Origin: a virus
Lineage: Duplodnaviria; Caudoviricetes
Length of the DNA stretch: 41,479 nt
IMG/VR virus record: IMGVR_UViG_3300020386_000268
Span: 1-41,479 of that record
Strand: one strand, 5' to 3'
Made by a program: the position numbers and the translations under genes. Positions 1 to 11,800 of this stretch are shown here, one piece after another. Each line of letters opens with the position of its first letter. Positions within the stretch are counted from its first letter, which is position 1. The notes under the pieces were generated by a model, which made no database searches, was not told the DNA's origin, and worked only from the letters and a program-made list of their open reading frames with translations.

Positions 1-2
1 AT

Positions 3-2051
3 GATGATAATGATGGTGTCCAAGACGCTTCAGATGCTTTCCCTCTTGATCCAAATGAAACTCTTGATACAGATAGTGATGGTGTAGGTGACAATGCTGA
101 CCTCGATGACGATAACGACGGTATAAGCGATGTATATGAAACACAAGCGGGCACTGATCCCAAAGACGCTAGTGACACACCAACAGACACAGACTCTGAC
201 GGAATTCCAGATGTTGTTGACACAGATGATGACAATGATGGGTTTACAGATACTCAAGAAGCTAACGCTGGAACAAATCCTTTAGTTCAAGATACAGATG
301 GAGATGGCATATTAGATGGAGTAGATTCTCATCCTCTAGATTCAAACTTGCCTTTATATCCTGATAGATCAGGACATAGCAGATCAACCACATGTTCGCC
401 TACCGAAGTGTATATGAATATACCAAATTATGGAAATGGACCAGGAATTAACAACGGTGCTTATTCTGGTAAAGGAACTTATAAAGATTTAACTATGGTT
501 CCGATTGCCTCTTCTTCATGGACGACAAACGACGGATTAATATTAGGAGCTGGTTCAGCAAATAATCTTACAGGTTATGACTTAACAGACGCAATATCAT
601 TTGACGGCTCTGATATGCCTAAGAGATATATTACAAAAGCGGCGGCTGTCACTCTAGGATATACAATAGCTATAGTAGTACAAAGGGAAGCCTATAATGC
701 TAGTTGGTCAGCTAGAAGCTTTGCAGGATCAGGCCAGAGTATAAATGATATACCGGATAACGCAATCTTATTCGCATACACAAACGACATAAATTCTAAC
801 GGTTACCCTAATAGTGCCAATTCTCCTGTTGCTTTTGTTGCGCCATTTACTTTCAAAGAGTATCGTGTGAAAAGTAGAGTTAACGCTGTTCTAAGAGACT
901 TAGATAATAACCGTGTGGCTCTAGGTGGAGATCTCATCCAGTCTGATTGTAACTCAGGTACTTTTGGCGGAAGATGGTTTGAGGTAACATCAAATTTAAG
1001 CAACACACAAAAATCTTTCTCTCAAAGCCCTCAACCAACACTTACAGTGCCACAAGTTGACGGATACTTATTGCCTGTAGATTTTTCTGCAACAACCACT
1101 GGTGGATCAACTTCAAGCGGAGGAACAAAGGTTCTCGGCTCCCCAACATCTGGAAATTACCAAACAGGGCATGATGGTTTTAAAGTTTGGTATTCTGGGG
1201 GAGGAAACTTAAGGATAGGCGGTTTACCTGGGGCGACAAACTTACAAACAGAAACAATTAAATTACATTCTTACTTTGACACATTACCGCCAATAACATT
1301 TCATATTGACAATGTTGATTATGGGCAAACCATACCAAGCGATGTAACTGTGGATATGTCTATACCAAGCGGGGCTGGGGATTTAAGTTCTGGGTGTTCT
1401 ATTGATTCGAATGGCAATTTAACAGTAACGTCTATGGGAAATACTGTATATGGTAACACAGGTCAAGTTACACATCCGATTACAGGAAACGTGATGGGGT
1501 ATGCTGGAATTGTTCCTGGTACTAATTATAAAGCTCAATTTGTTTCTCTTGACACTAAAGGCGATGAACGACTTATGCTTTGGTATGACACACACGTTAC
1601 AGCTCGAAGCGCTGTAGGGGGAGCAAGCACAAGTACAAGCGATTATACACAATGGGGTACTGACTATGAATTAGATGCAATTAGCCCACACAATAGTTAT
1701 GTGCGTAACAATTTTGTTGAGATGATAGGTCCCGCAGGAACTGCGACACCACCTCAAAGCGCTGTTCAGTGTAGTGCGGGTAATTATCAAGGGCCAGCAG
1801 ACGTTATTGTAAGTTTTGTGAAAGACTGGACAACAAACACTAGTTATCAAAGAACCTATCATTTTGGTATACTTATACAAAAAAGAGTAGATAACTACAC
1901 CTGTTATTATTCAGGAGCAAATTACGGAAACGTGTATACACCTCAAGCTGTAAACGCTGATACAGCAATATTTTATGACAGTGAAATAACTTTTGGTGGG
2001 GTAAGAAAACCAATGATTGTTAAATCAATAACTATAAACGTACCAGCATAA
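3..2051 (+). CDS. 5'-truncated large virion-associated protein with thrombospondin type-3-like (DxDxDG) Ca-binding repeats
   Basis: Frame of ORF 348..2051 is open back to base 3 and reads DDNDGVQDASDAFPLDPNETLDTDSDGVGDNADLDDDNDGISD...DTDSDGIPD...DTDGDGILD. The TTG start at 348 is an edge artefact. Confidence 0.8.
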   Translation, partial: DDNDGVQDASDAFPLDPNETLDTDSDGVGDNADLDDDNDGISDVYETQAGTDPKDASDTPTDTDSDGIPDVVDTDDDNDGFTDTQEANAGTNPLVQDTDGDGILDGVDSHPLDSNLPLYPDRSGHSRSTTCSPTEVYMNIPNYGNGPGINNGAYSGKGTYKDLTMVPIASSSWTTNDGLILGAGSANNLTGYDLTDAISFDGSDMPKRYITKAAAVTLGYTIAIVVQREAYNASWSARSFAGSGQSINDIPDNAILFAYTNDINSNGYPNSANSPVAFVAPFTFKEYRVKSRVNAVLRDLDNNRVALGGDLIQSDCNSGTFGGRWFEVTSNLSNTQKSFSQSPQPTLTVPQVDGYLLPVDFSATTTGGSTSSGGTKVLGSPTSGNYQTGHDGFKVWYSGGGNLRIGGLPGATNLQTETIKLHSYFDTLPPITFHIDNVDYGQTIPSDVTVDMSIPSGAGDLSSGCSIDSNGNLTVTSMGNTVYGNTGQVTHPITGNVMGYAGIVPGTNYKAQFVSLDTKGDERLMLWYDTHVTARSAVGGASTSTSDYTQWGTDYELDAISPHNSYVRNNFVEMIGPAGTATPPQSAVQCSAGNYQGPADVIVSFVKDWTTNTSYQRTYHFGILIQKRVDNYTCYYSGANYGNVYTPQAVNADTAIFYDSEITFGGVRKPMIVKSITINVPA

Positions 2052-2053
2052 TT

Positions 2054-3019
2054 ATGAAATATAGATCAGGAAAAAAAATAGTTAAGACTTTAAGAAAGTA
2101 TATAAATGGAAAGCCGACTAATATTACAAAAACAAATGTTAGTACAGATCCAGATTATATAGGGCCGTATAACGATTTAGACGCATGTCCAATAAACACG
2201 CCACCAGCAGCTGCAAACTATACGCCATCACCAGTTCCAACCTATGCGTATAGAAATTCAACAGTAACTGGTTCTAACGATTACACACTCACGTTTAGTG
2301 AATATGTAAAAGGTTGGACTTCATTTCATTCTTGGGTGCCTGAGTTTATGGTTAACATGGGAGGTGATTTTTTTAGCTTCAAGTCTGGACAACTATACAA
2401 ACATCACGCAAAAGAAGCAGAAAGAAATACATTTTACGGAACTAATTACCCATCAGAGTTAGAATTTGTTACAAATACAGCTCCATCTGAGAGAAAAATA
2501 TTTAAAACTATTGAAATAGAAGGTGACACAAAGAACTGGGACGTTACAGTTATTACAGATCAAGACAAAGGGCACATAAGCAAGGCTTCTTTCAACGAGC
2601 AAGAAGGTGTATATAGAACATACATTAGAAGAAACTCCGACGACATAGGCAATACTGAGCTTTTATCTGTCCAGGGAATTGGAATGGTTTTGGTTGTTGC
2701 TGGTAATAATTATACTTTTGGCGAGGTGCCATCTGAAGTTTCTGTGGGCGATTCGTTGTACAAGGCAACATCTACAGGCGGTTATCAGTTAGTTGGGACG
2801 ATTGCATCTGTTACACCTAGCGCACAAAACACTGTTTTAGCTACTTCAGCTTCAGCAATCACACCTTCTGTAAATGATTTTATGTTTGCAGCTAAGTCAC
2901 CTGTAGCTGAATCGTATGGATTAAAAGGGTATTTTGCGAAAGTTAAGATATCGAACACAAGCACTTCAAAGGTTGAGGTGTATGCGGTTAACACGGAAGC
3001 AGCAAAAAGCTTCCCTTAA
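2054..3019 (+). CDS. Putative tail tubular/stabilisation (nozzle-like) protein, C-terminal part
   Basis: TLTFSE..KGWTSFHSW.PE..FFSFK.GQLY.H..NTFYG and KIFKTIEIEG resemble flavobacterial podophage tail proteins (from memory). Lies just before the GNAT-like and ejection genes. Confidence 0.5.
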   Translation: MKYRSGKKIVKTLRKYINGKPTNITKTNVSTDPDYIGPYNDLDACPINTPPAAANYTPSPVPTYAYRNSTVTGSNDYTLTFSEYVKGWTSFHSWVPEFMVNMGGDFFSFKSGQLYKHHAKEAERNTFYGTNYPSELEFVTNTAPSERKIFKTIEIEGDTKNWDVTVITDQDKGHISKASFNEQEGVYRTYIRRNSDDIGNTELLSVQGIGMVLVVAGNNYTFGEVPSEVSVGDSLYKATSTGGYQLVGTIASVTPSAQNTVLATSASAITPSVNDFMFAAKSPVAESYGLKGYFAKVKISNTSTSKVEVYAVNTEAAKSFP

Positions 3020-3026
3020 TATTTAG

Positions 3027-3035
3027 TATATTTGC
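3027..3035 (+). promoter_or_regulatory. Bacteroidota-type -7 promoter element TATATTTGC
   Basis: Exact TAnnTTTG in the 20-nt intergenic gap. No -33 TTTG seen. Confidence 0.45.
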
Positions 3036-3039
3036 AATA

Positions 3040-3441
3040 ATGAATTTTAATATTAGAAAGGTAAAAGACTCTGATTACGAGAGTATTTTATTAAAGTGGT
3101 GGAAAGATTGGGGATGGGAGGCTCCACCAAAAGATTTTTTACCACAAACTGGATTGATTGTATCAAAAGATAATCAAGATATATGTGCAGGTTTCATGTA
3201 CCTGACAAACTCAAAAGTGGCACTAACGGAGTTTGTTGTGTCAAACAAAGAGTATAAAGAGAAAGATAGGGGGCTTGCAATTGATTTTTTAATTGATTGT
3301 ATTGTAACTTTAGCAGATAAAAATGGGTGTAAATATGCTCATGTAATTTTAAAAAACCAGAAACTTTTGAATAGATACAAAAGAGCGGGGTATATAGAGT
3401 CGGATACAAAAGTAACTGAAATGATTAAGGTATGGCAATAG
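3040..3441 (+). CDS. GNAT-fold protein (T7 gp13-like position in virion module)
   Basis: 133 aa with FNIRKV..D start, ICAGFMY, TEFVVSN..Y....RG.AI..LI and RYKRAGY patterns. Sits between tail and internal-protein genes. Confidence 0.6.
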   Translation: MNFNIRKVKDSDYESILLKWWKDWGWEAPPKDFLPQTGLIVSKDNQDICAGFMYLTNSKVALTEFVVSNKEYKEKDRGLAIDFLIDCIVTLADKNGCKYAHVILKNQKLLNRYKRAGYIESDTKVTEMIKVWQ

Positions 3442-4124
3442 CAACAGGCACGGCGATAGCTTTAGGAGTCTCAGCGGCAGCAGGTGCGGCAAGCGCAATA
3501 AGTGGCGCCTCAAGAGCCAGAAGGGCAAAAAAAGCAATAGAAAGTTTTGAAAGACAAGAATTAAGAAATGAGGCTGATGATCTTAGGGTTTCAACTCTAG
3601 GGGCTGAACTACAAACAGAAGAGGCTCAAAGAAGATTTGCTACTTCAGTTGATGCTTTGCAAGCTGGAGGCGTAAGAGGTTTGGTAGGTGGTTTAGGTCG
3701 TGTTGAAGAAGCAGCTGGACAAGTTCAAAGAAGAATATCTGCTGATCTAGATAGGCAACAAGCTGCTATACAACAAATGCAGCTTCGTGAAGATCAACAA
3801 ATAAGAATGATGCGAGAAGAAAGAGAGTCACAACAACTAGGAGCTCTTTTTTCAGAAAGACAGGCGGGACAACAGATGGTTGCCTCCGGACTTAGTCAAG
3901 TAGGGTCAGCAGCGATGACTGGTTTGATGTCTATGGACTCAATGCAACCAAAAGCACCTACAGTAAAATCAACCATGAGCCCTCCAGGGTTTGCCCAAAT
4001 AAATCCAAGCGGAACAGATTATAGCCAGTTTGGTATGGACACTGTTAGAAAGGCTCAAAACGTAACCACTTCGCTTACAAACAAACCTGTAGATTTTACA
4101 CGATTTACGCAACAAGAAAGATAA
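3432..4124 (+). CDS. Putative internal virion/DNA ejection protein
   Basis: Ala/Gly-rich hydrophobic N-terminus then Q/E/R coiled coil. First of three genes of increasing size. Confidence 0.6.
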   Translation: MAIATGTAIALGVSAAAGAASAISGASRARRAKKAIESFERQELRNEADDLRVSTLGAELQTEEAQRRFATSVDALQAGGVRGLVGGLGRVEEAAGQVQRRISADLDRQQAAIQQMQLREDQQIRMMREERESQQLGALFSERQAGQQMVASGLSQVGSAAMTGLMSMDSMQPKAPTVKSTMSPPGFAQINPSGTDYSQFGMDTVRKAQNVTTSLTNKPVDFTRFTQQER

Positions 4125-4130
4125 TAAAAT

Positions 4131-5819
4131 ATGTCAAGTAGAGGATTATTAGCGGGATATAGAGTAGCAGGAGCAGGGCAAGCTGCTATTGTTGATTTAT
4201 CAGCAAAGGCAGACGAGGTTGCAAAATATAAATTATTATCAGACCAGGTAACATATCAAAGACAAAAGGCTTTTGATGACGAAAGAAAGAAGTTTAAGAT
4301 GGATATGGCTGACGCTTACGATGAGACTATATATGAAGATACTTTTGACGACACAGGTATAGCTGATTTAGATGCTGCTGGTACAAAACTTCAAGGTCAA
4401 GTAAAACAGTCTTACATCGAAAATCAATATGCTTACGATCAAGGGCTTATTGATGAAGCTACATATAAATCAAGAAGCAATAAACTTAAAAGCGAACTGA
4501 ATCAGTTGGGTGACGTTATAAAAAACGTTAACGCCGCAGCAGATAAATATAGAGAGCTTGAAGATTCTGGAAAGGGGAATGCGATAAATGGTAAGAAGCT
4601 TGATATGCTTGAAAACCTAATGCAAAACTTTAGGGTTACCAGGGGTCCAAACGGTTTAGCTTTTAATACAATAAGGAAAAAAGTTGATGCTGATGGAAAC
4701 GAAACGGAAGAAACGGAAGAGGTAAGTTTAGGTTTAAGAAACTTTAAAGACTTACTTGACATGAACACAGGGTTTGACTCTACTACTGCGGTAGAAAATA
4801 TATCAAAAAGAGGAGGGTTTGTCGAAAAGCTTGATGGATATGGCAGAACGGCTAAAAAAATAACTGATTTTACAAGGTCGGAAACAGGGCGAGCTGTAGT
4901 TGACGCTGAAGTTGACCAAATGAGCAACAAAGATAAGCTTGATTATTTGATAAAAAAAGGACTAATAAAAGAAGATGAGTTTGACGAGTCTGAAATTTTT
5001 TCAAAAGAAAATATTAAAAAATATGACGATCAAGTTGCAAAAGCGTTAACAGAAGATTTAGAGAGTGAGCTAAAATTTAAGCAAGAAACAGAATTGTTTG
5101 ATGATAAATTTGCTTTAGCAGGATATGAGTCTAGTCTTGCTGCTGCTGCAAAACAAAAGCCTCCAAAAACAAAGGTAGCTGTTGTCGAGGGCAGTAAGGT
5201 TGGAGATGATTTAGGGGACAGGATACAATACAATCCGGTAGACGGAAAAGGAATTCCTTTTACTAGCCTCGGCACTACAGAAAAATTTGTTGATAGGTAT
5301 AAAAAGGCGCTGGAGCTAAGTATACCAGAGGGCTCTACAATCACCCCAGAGCAATTCTTTACAGAAGATGTATTCAAAAGTATGAATTTAGCAAACGTAA
5401 CAAACTATTTGGATAAAGGTTATATAGAGGTTGATTTTACCTACAAAATGCCTGTTGCTGGACAAGACGCAATAAGTCAAAAAATTTATGGTAAAAAATA
5501 TAGTGATTTAGAGGCGGCTGAAAAACAACAAGTAGATACTCAAGTACGAACACAAGCTGTGAGTAAAGGTGTAGAAGGTAGCTCTGAACTCCAAAGAGGC
5601 TCTTTACAGCTTGATCCAGTAAGAGATTTCGAAGATTTTAATAACATATTAACTGCAATGGGTCTTGATCCTATATCAACAACTTCATTAAAGCAAATGC
5701 AGAAAAATAGAGCTGCAAAAAGAGCCGCAGGTGGTGGAGGCGCAAATGGAGGGTCGGCAAGATTCAACAAAGGACTAAATAATGCGAGTGCTCAGTCGGA
5801 TTCTCAAAGAACAAATTAA
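4131..5819 (+). CDS. Putative internal virion/ejection protein
   Basis: 562 aa helical, charged ORF in podovirus ejectosome-like synteny. Confidence 0.5.
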   Translation: MSSRGLLAGYRVAGAGQAAIVDLSAKADEVAKYKLLSDQVTYQRQKAFDDERKKFKMDMADAYDETIYEDTFDDTGIADLDAAGTKLQGQVKQSYIENQYAYDQGLIDEATYKSRSNKLKSELNQLGDVIKNVNAAADKYRELEDSGKGNAINGKKLDMLENLMQNFRVTRGPNGLAFNTIRKKVDADGNETEETEEVSLGLRNFKDLLDMNTGFDSTTAVENISKRGGFVEKLDGYGRTAKKITDFTRSETGRAVVDAEVDQMSNKDKLDYLIKKGLIKEDEFDESEIFSKENIKKYDDQVAKALTEDLESELKFKQETELFDDKFALAGYESSLAAAAKQKPPKTKVAVVEGSKVGDDLGDRIQYNPVDGKGIPFTSLGTTEKFVDRYKKALELSIPEGSTITPEQFFTEDVFKSMNLANVTNYLDKGYIEVDFTYKMPVAGQDAISQKIYGKKYSDLEAAEKQQVDTQVRTQAVSKGVEGSSELQRGSLQLDPVRDFEDFNNILTAMGLDPISTTSLKQMQKNRAAKRAAGGGGANGGSARFNKGLNNASAQSDSQRTN

Positions 5820-5825
5820 TTAACT

Positions 5826-8800
5826 ATGAATGAGGAAGCTTTAGTGGCAATGTATGAGATGGCTGCCAATGATGGTTATACCGGATCATTAGAAGCCTTC
5901 TCAGATCTTTTGAAAACTAACGAAGAAGCAGTAGACCATTTCTACGAAATGTTTAAAGGAGATGGCTATACGGACTCTGTTGATGATTTTAAGCTTTTAA
6001 TGGGCGCTGTTGAACAGCAAAAAGAAGGCGAAGAGATTGGCCCTATAGAAATTACCACACAAGAAGCATTACAAAAATTTCTTAGAGAGGCTCCAGGCTT
6101 AATATCAGACGAAGACGCTAGGGGTATATCCGCTGGCATAGAAGCTCAAAGAAGATTCGAGGAAGAGAAAAAAATAGCTGAAGATTTAGCGGAAGAAAAA
6201 CAAGAGTTATTGGATGATGTGCAAGGTGCTAAATCATCTTACAACAGTGTTGTGAATATGTTAAAAGACATAGGTCAAATGGATAATAGAGCTCTTATGC
6301 TTTATGGTATGATTACTGGCGATAGACAGCTTGTAGGCCAACAGTCTTTAATTATGGAGAGAGAGAATAAAGGAGAAGATAGTTTTCTTGGTCCACGAAG
6401 AGCAACCTATGACGCTGAGGATTTAAAAGGAATATTTGATGATGGTTTCCAAATGGATGATATGGAGATTTTATTTGGAACAGCTGTAAATGCTCTTACT
6501 GGATTTGGGACGTCTTTTGTTTCTAGTGTTATGGGTAGGGCTTTAGGAAGTGCACTTGGTGGTGTGGCAGGATTTTCTGTAGCAGGACCTGGTGGCGTTC
6601 TTCCAGGGGCAGCCGCCGGTGGTACTATAGGTGCCCCAATGGGTCTTGCAGCCGACATGATTTCAAGAGAAGTTATAAATGCTAATAAAATTTTAGCTAG
6701 AAAAAATGGGATTACTTTAGAAGAACATATAGATAGAGGTGAACTGGAGTGGGTTATACCATCTACAGTTGGTGCAGTGCAAGGTGTTATAGAAAAATTT
6801 CAATTAGGAAAACTTCTTGGAAAAACAGGATCAAAAACAATTGGTCAATATGTAAGTAAATTTTTAAATAGGGGCTTCACAAGTGGAGTTCAAGAAGTTG
6901 GACAAGGAATTGGGTCAGTAATAAATGAAACAATAGCTGCACAAGGTGGTCAAAAAAACATATCTACAGACACCCCAGAGCAATTATATAATGTATTTTC
7001 AAACCCAGAAACACTTAAAAGGCTTGATAATGACTTTGTTAATGGTGTTTTAGGGATGGCTACTGGTAGAGGCCTTATAGACGGCTCGAGAGCTATTATG
7101 GATCCACAAAAAGTTAGGGACTTATTTAAAAATAGTTTTAAAAAGAATCCAGAGGACGGTGGTTTTGACCCTAATAACCCTTTCAACATATTTTATCTAG
7201 CAAAGTCCGACGCTGAATATGAAAAACAATCTGATTTAGTTACAAAACTATTAGACATAGGTGGAGAAAAAGCAAAAGGAAACCTTTCAACCGAACAAGT
7301 TAAAGCTCTTGATGTTGCCCAAGAGAGTGTAAAAGAGGAATTAGAGATAATAAGACAGAAGGTTTACAGGCGCATGAATAAAATGACTGAAGATGAAATA
7401 AACTTTTTGATACCCAATCAAAAAGAAAGATCTGACCTTAACAATGCTCTTACAGTTTTAGAAAATTCAGACATAAGTGAAAAACTTAAATCTACACAGA
7501 TAGAAATTATACAAAACAAACTTAACCAGCTTGCTATACAAAAAGCAAAATTATTATCTGCTGTAGATAAAAGACCTGATCAATCTTTCTCTGAAACATT
7601 TAGTATTGATGGCAGGCAAGTAACCAAAGAAGAGTTTGATGCATATACAGAACAACAAAAAGCTTTAGGTGGAGGTGAATTTACTTTACAGTTTGGTGAG
7701 GATAAGGGTATTGTTGTTAACACAGAAGGAGAAACAATAGGAGATTTTGTTTTTACACCAGCCGAGGGTCCAGAGGACAATACGGTTAATCGTGTTTTAA
7801 AACAACTAGGACTTACACCCAACCAGAATGATTTTCTTCTTAACGAGTTAGATGTTGAGTTAAAAACAAAAGGTAAATCGGTAAAAAACCTTGTTGACTT
7901 TGGTGAGCAAATTATTGTACAAACAAAAAGACAAAAACCTAGCTCAAACATAATATCTATAAACTCAGGATCTTTAAGTCTAGACCCGTACACAGAAGAT
8001 GTGTATAAGGCTTTAGTTAAAAAGAATTTTGCTGATAAAATTGTAATTCCAAATTCAAAGGGAGATTATTATTATAAAGTAAAGCCTATAGAAGAAATAG
8101 ATAATATTATACAAGAGCAAAACAAAAAAAAGACCCTAACACCAGAACAAAAAGAAATAAACAAAACAAGAGGGCTCTTAGGAAAAGGACCAAGGTTCAG
8201 TGTAGAGACAGATTTCAATGCTGAAGCCGACATCAATATGAATCAAGTTGTTGAAGAGATGAACAATATGGCAGGCGAAACTATGCTGCCTTCAGTTCCA
8301 GGACAACTTACAACCAATAATAAAATAGATGCCGATAATATACTTAGTAGATTCCCAAATGCAAAAATATTAAGCACGAACAAAAAGTTCGCAGGAATAC
8401 CAGGGGTATTTGGTGTATCCGACCAACTCACTACTGGCTCAATAAAAAACGAAATAACCGGCAATAAATTATTCTTTCAAGGCGGTATTAATTTTAATAA
8501 TTTATCAGAATTTTCAAAATATGCTTGGGCAGGCGCAAACGAGAAAGATGCTCTAGAATTAAAAGAAAGAGCTATATCTGTTTACCAAAACAACAAACAG
8601 CTTTTTGATCGTTTGTGGCAACAGAAAAAATTACCTAATGGTCATATTCCTTATTATATAATCAAGATGGGTAGTGAAGCTATATATAGCAACGAGGCTT
8701 TGTATAGAACAGCGCTTGACAATATAAGTAAAATACCAGAAAGAAATAAAAAAGCAGCCTACAAAGCATTACTCAATGATCCAGTAGTTCAAAGCAATGA

Positions 8801-11800
8801 TGTTTACAAAGATTATGTTACGAAACAAAAAACACTACAAAATGTTTTAAAAAACATAACAGAATTAAAACTGTCTCAACGCCCCAAGCTAGGAAAAAGA
8901 ATTATTTATGGCACCTTCAATAACACAAGCCCTGGTCCACCAAACAAAACAAAACAAGGTGCTGTTAAATTACTAGAAGGTAGACCAGAGGCTGAAAGGG
9001 CTTTTATAAATAGCGCTTCTTTAAACAACCAGATTACAGACCCAGCGTTAGAGGGTATACCTGGCGACCATCTTATAGGGGTTATGGGTATTGATGTTTT
9101 AAACCCTTCAGTCGATAAGATAAATCACAAAAACTATCCATTTGCTATCAAGGGACAAGTCCTGGGTATACTTGAAAAACCAATACACGCAGCAGAGGTT
9201 TTTCCTGAAATGTATGCAAACATACTTTTGAAACAAAAGAAAAACAAATCTGGCAAACTAACAACACCAAAAGCCGCAGCATCACAAGCTGTATTCCCAC
9301 TTGGAAGTGTTAAAAATAAAACCTACATAGGGGCTAAAATGTCCAGTAAAATGGACAATATGAAAAAATTAATGGGTCTGTTAAAGATTACATTTCCTGA
9401 TGTAGATTTAGTTGATAACGCCGCTGACTTTGAAGCAGCTTTGAATCAGCCAGATGTTAAGTCTTACATTAAAAAAGGCGATGTTATATATGGATTTGTG
9501 CAAGGGAAAAAAATATTTGTAAACCCTAAATATGCTGATTCTAAAGTGGTTCTACATGAGTACGGACATGTTTGGTTAGATTTTCTCAAACAAAACAACC
9601 CAGAGCTTTTACAAGTAGGGTACAATCTTTTAGAAGGCAGTCTTGATTTAGAAAAATATAAACTCATGCATGGCGACACAGAGCTTGCCAGGGAAGAGTT
9701 GATGGTAGACCTTATATCCTCAAAAGGAGAAAGGATAGGAGACGCAGCTACCAAGTCTACTTTTAAAAATTGGCTGGTAGGTTTTTGGAATTATATTAAA
9801 AGGCTTTTCAAAAGTTTTTTCAATATGACACCAGATGAAATACAGAACATGACCTTAGATGATTTCATAAACGGGGCGCTATCGAGTATGCTTAGTGGGC
9901 AAAGAATTAGAACACAAGGATTAAAAGATATTAAGTTTAGCAAAAAAACACCTGCTAACGAAATTGAAGTTCTTTTAGACAAAGGCGCAACTGAACTTCA
10001 AATTAGAAACTACATCAAAGACGAATACGGTTTAAGTGATCAAGAGACCAATAATCTTTTTGAATCTATTAGTGGTGATTATTTAAAGAGAAAAAGAAAA
10101 GAAGAGGGTATATTCTCTTTTGACAATAAAGGGAACAATAAATTTACAAGAGCTTTATATGCTTTAAAAAATGTATTTGATAAAAATGTTTACAGAAGGC
10201 TTTTCTTGCAAAGACGATTCAATCCTAAAACATACCAAATTTTAGCTGAACAAAGAAGAGGAGCGATAGAGCTTCAATTAAAAGAAACCATCAACACTGT
10301 TATGAAGTTTAACAAACTTGTCGGTAAAAATGAAGATTTAATTTTAGAGGCTGATGAGGTTTTGAGGGGTAGAACTTCCAGTGTAATAAATGAAAACAGT
10401 AATACAGATTTGTTTACTTTAATTAAAAGAATGAGGACACAGGTCGATTTACTTACACAATCTCTCATTGATGAAGGTGTAGTTACAAATCAACACACCA
10501 TTGAAACCTTACAGCTTAACTTTGGAAAATACCTTACAAGATCCTTCAAGCTTTTTGATGCAGACGGTTTCAATCCAGAGGCAAACATAATAGATGCAGC
10601 GAAAAATTTTATAAGACAAGACTCAAGAATACAAGAAATAGCTCAAAAAGTTGCAGAGCAGTATGGAAGAGACTATTATGATGAGTTAGAAACCCAAGTT
10701 GAAAATCAGATAAATTTTATTTTAGGCAAAGCAATAGGAGAAAATTTTTATGGCGTTAGCAGGTCAGGTAGAAAAGATTTAAATATTCTTAAAAAAAGAG
10801 GAGCAATACCAAAACCAATCAGAGATTTGATGGGTGAATATACTGATCCTGGTGTTAATTATGGCAGGACAATAATTAGGATGACAAACCTATTAGAGCA
10901 ACACAGGTTTTTAACAAGACTTAGAAAAGCGGGTATGGGTGTATTCTTTTTTGAGGAAAACGATACGCAAAGAAAAAATGCAGGTGCAACAGTTCAAATA
11001 CAAGGAGGGGAAAGTATGTCTCCTTTAGCCGGGCTATATGCAGACCCACTTATAGCTAGAGAGTTTAATGAGGGAAATTTTGATATACAACAAAAAATAA
11101 AAGAGGCTATAAAAGACAGTAAGTTAGCATCGGTTCCAACAATAAAACAGGCACAAGCGTTAGCTGATAAGGTAGGGTTTAATTTATCGAATTACTATTC
11201 GCTTGTCAGCCTGGTAAAAGAAGCTAAAACAACCTTATCGCCAGCAACACACGCAAAAAATGTTATAGGAAATGTTTTCTTTATGTTCCTACACGGATAC
11301 AGTGATGTAAATGCCTATGTTGAAGCACTGAAAGCTAATAGTGCGGACCTAAAGCAACAACTAGCTGTAGGTGTTGGCGTTTCAGACGATGCTGCTGTGC
11401 CAGATATTATTAGAAAATTAATAAAATTAGGTGTCTTAAATACAGAAGTTCAAACTTCTGAAGTAGATAAGCTGGCAGACAGAATGGAAAAAGACGAAGA
11501 TTTTATTCCTTCGCTTTTAAATAGAAGACAAACAAACTTTTTAAACAAAATTAAAAAAGAGATTACTTCATCTGACGGAGCTGTTAGGGAGTCAGCTAGA
11601 AAAACATACCAAGCTGAAGATAATTATTTTAAAATAGTTTCTTTTCTTATTGAAAGTAAAAGATATAGTCAAGCCATATATAAAAAACCATATGAACAGC
11701 TTTCTTTGTCTGAAAGAAACGAAATAGATTTAAAAGCTTCAGAAGTTGTAAAAAATATATTACCTAACTACAATAGAATTGGACAAATAAACGATATATT

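Noticed and set aside
1427-1440. AACGTCTATGGG as an additional ribozyme target on a + transcript
   Set aside because: Only 3 of 7 stem I pairs form next to the cut and there is no hairpin. Partial matches near 7077, 13057 and 37377 are antisense to their genes. This was a search by eye only.
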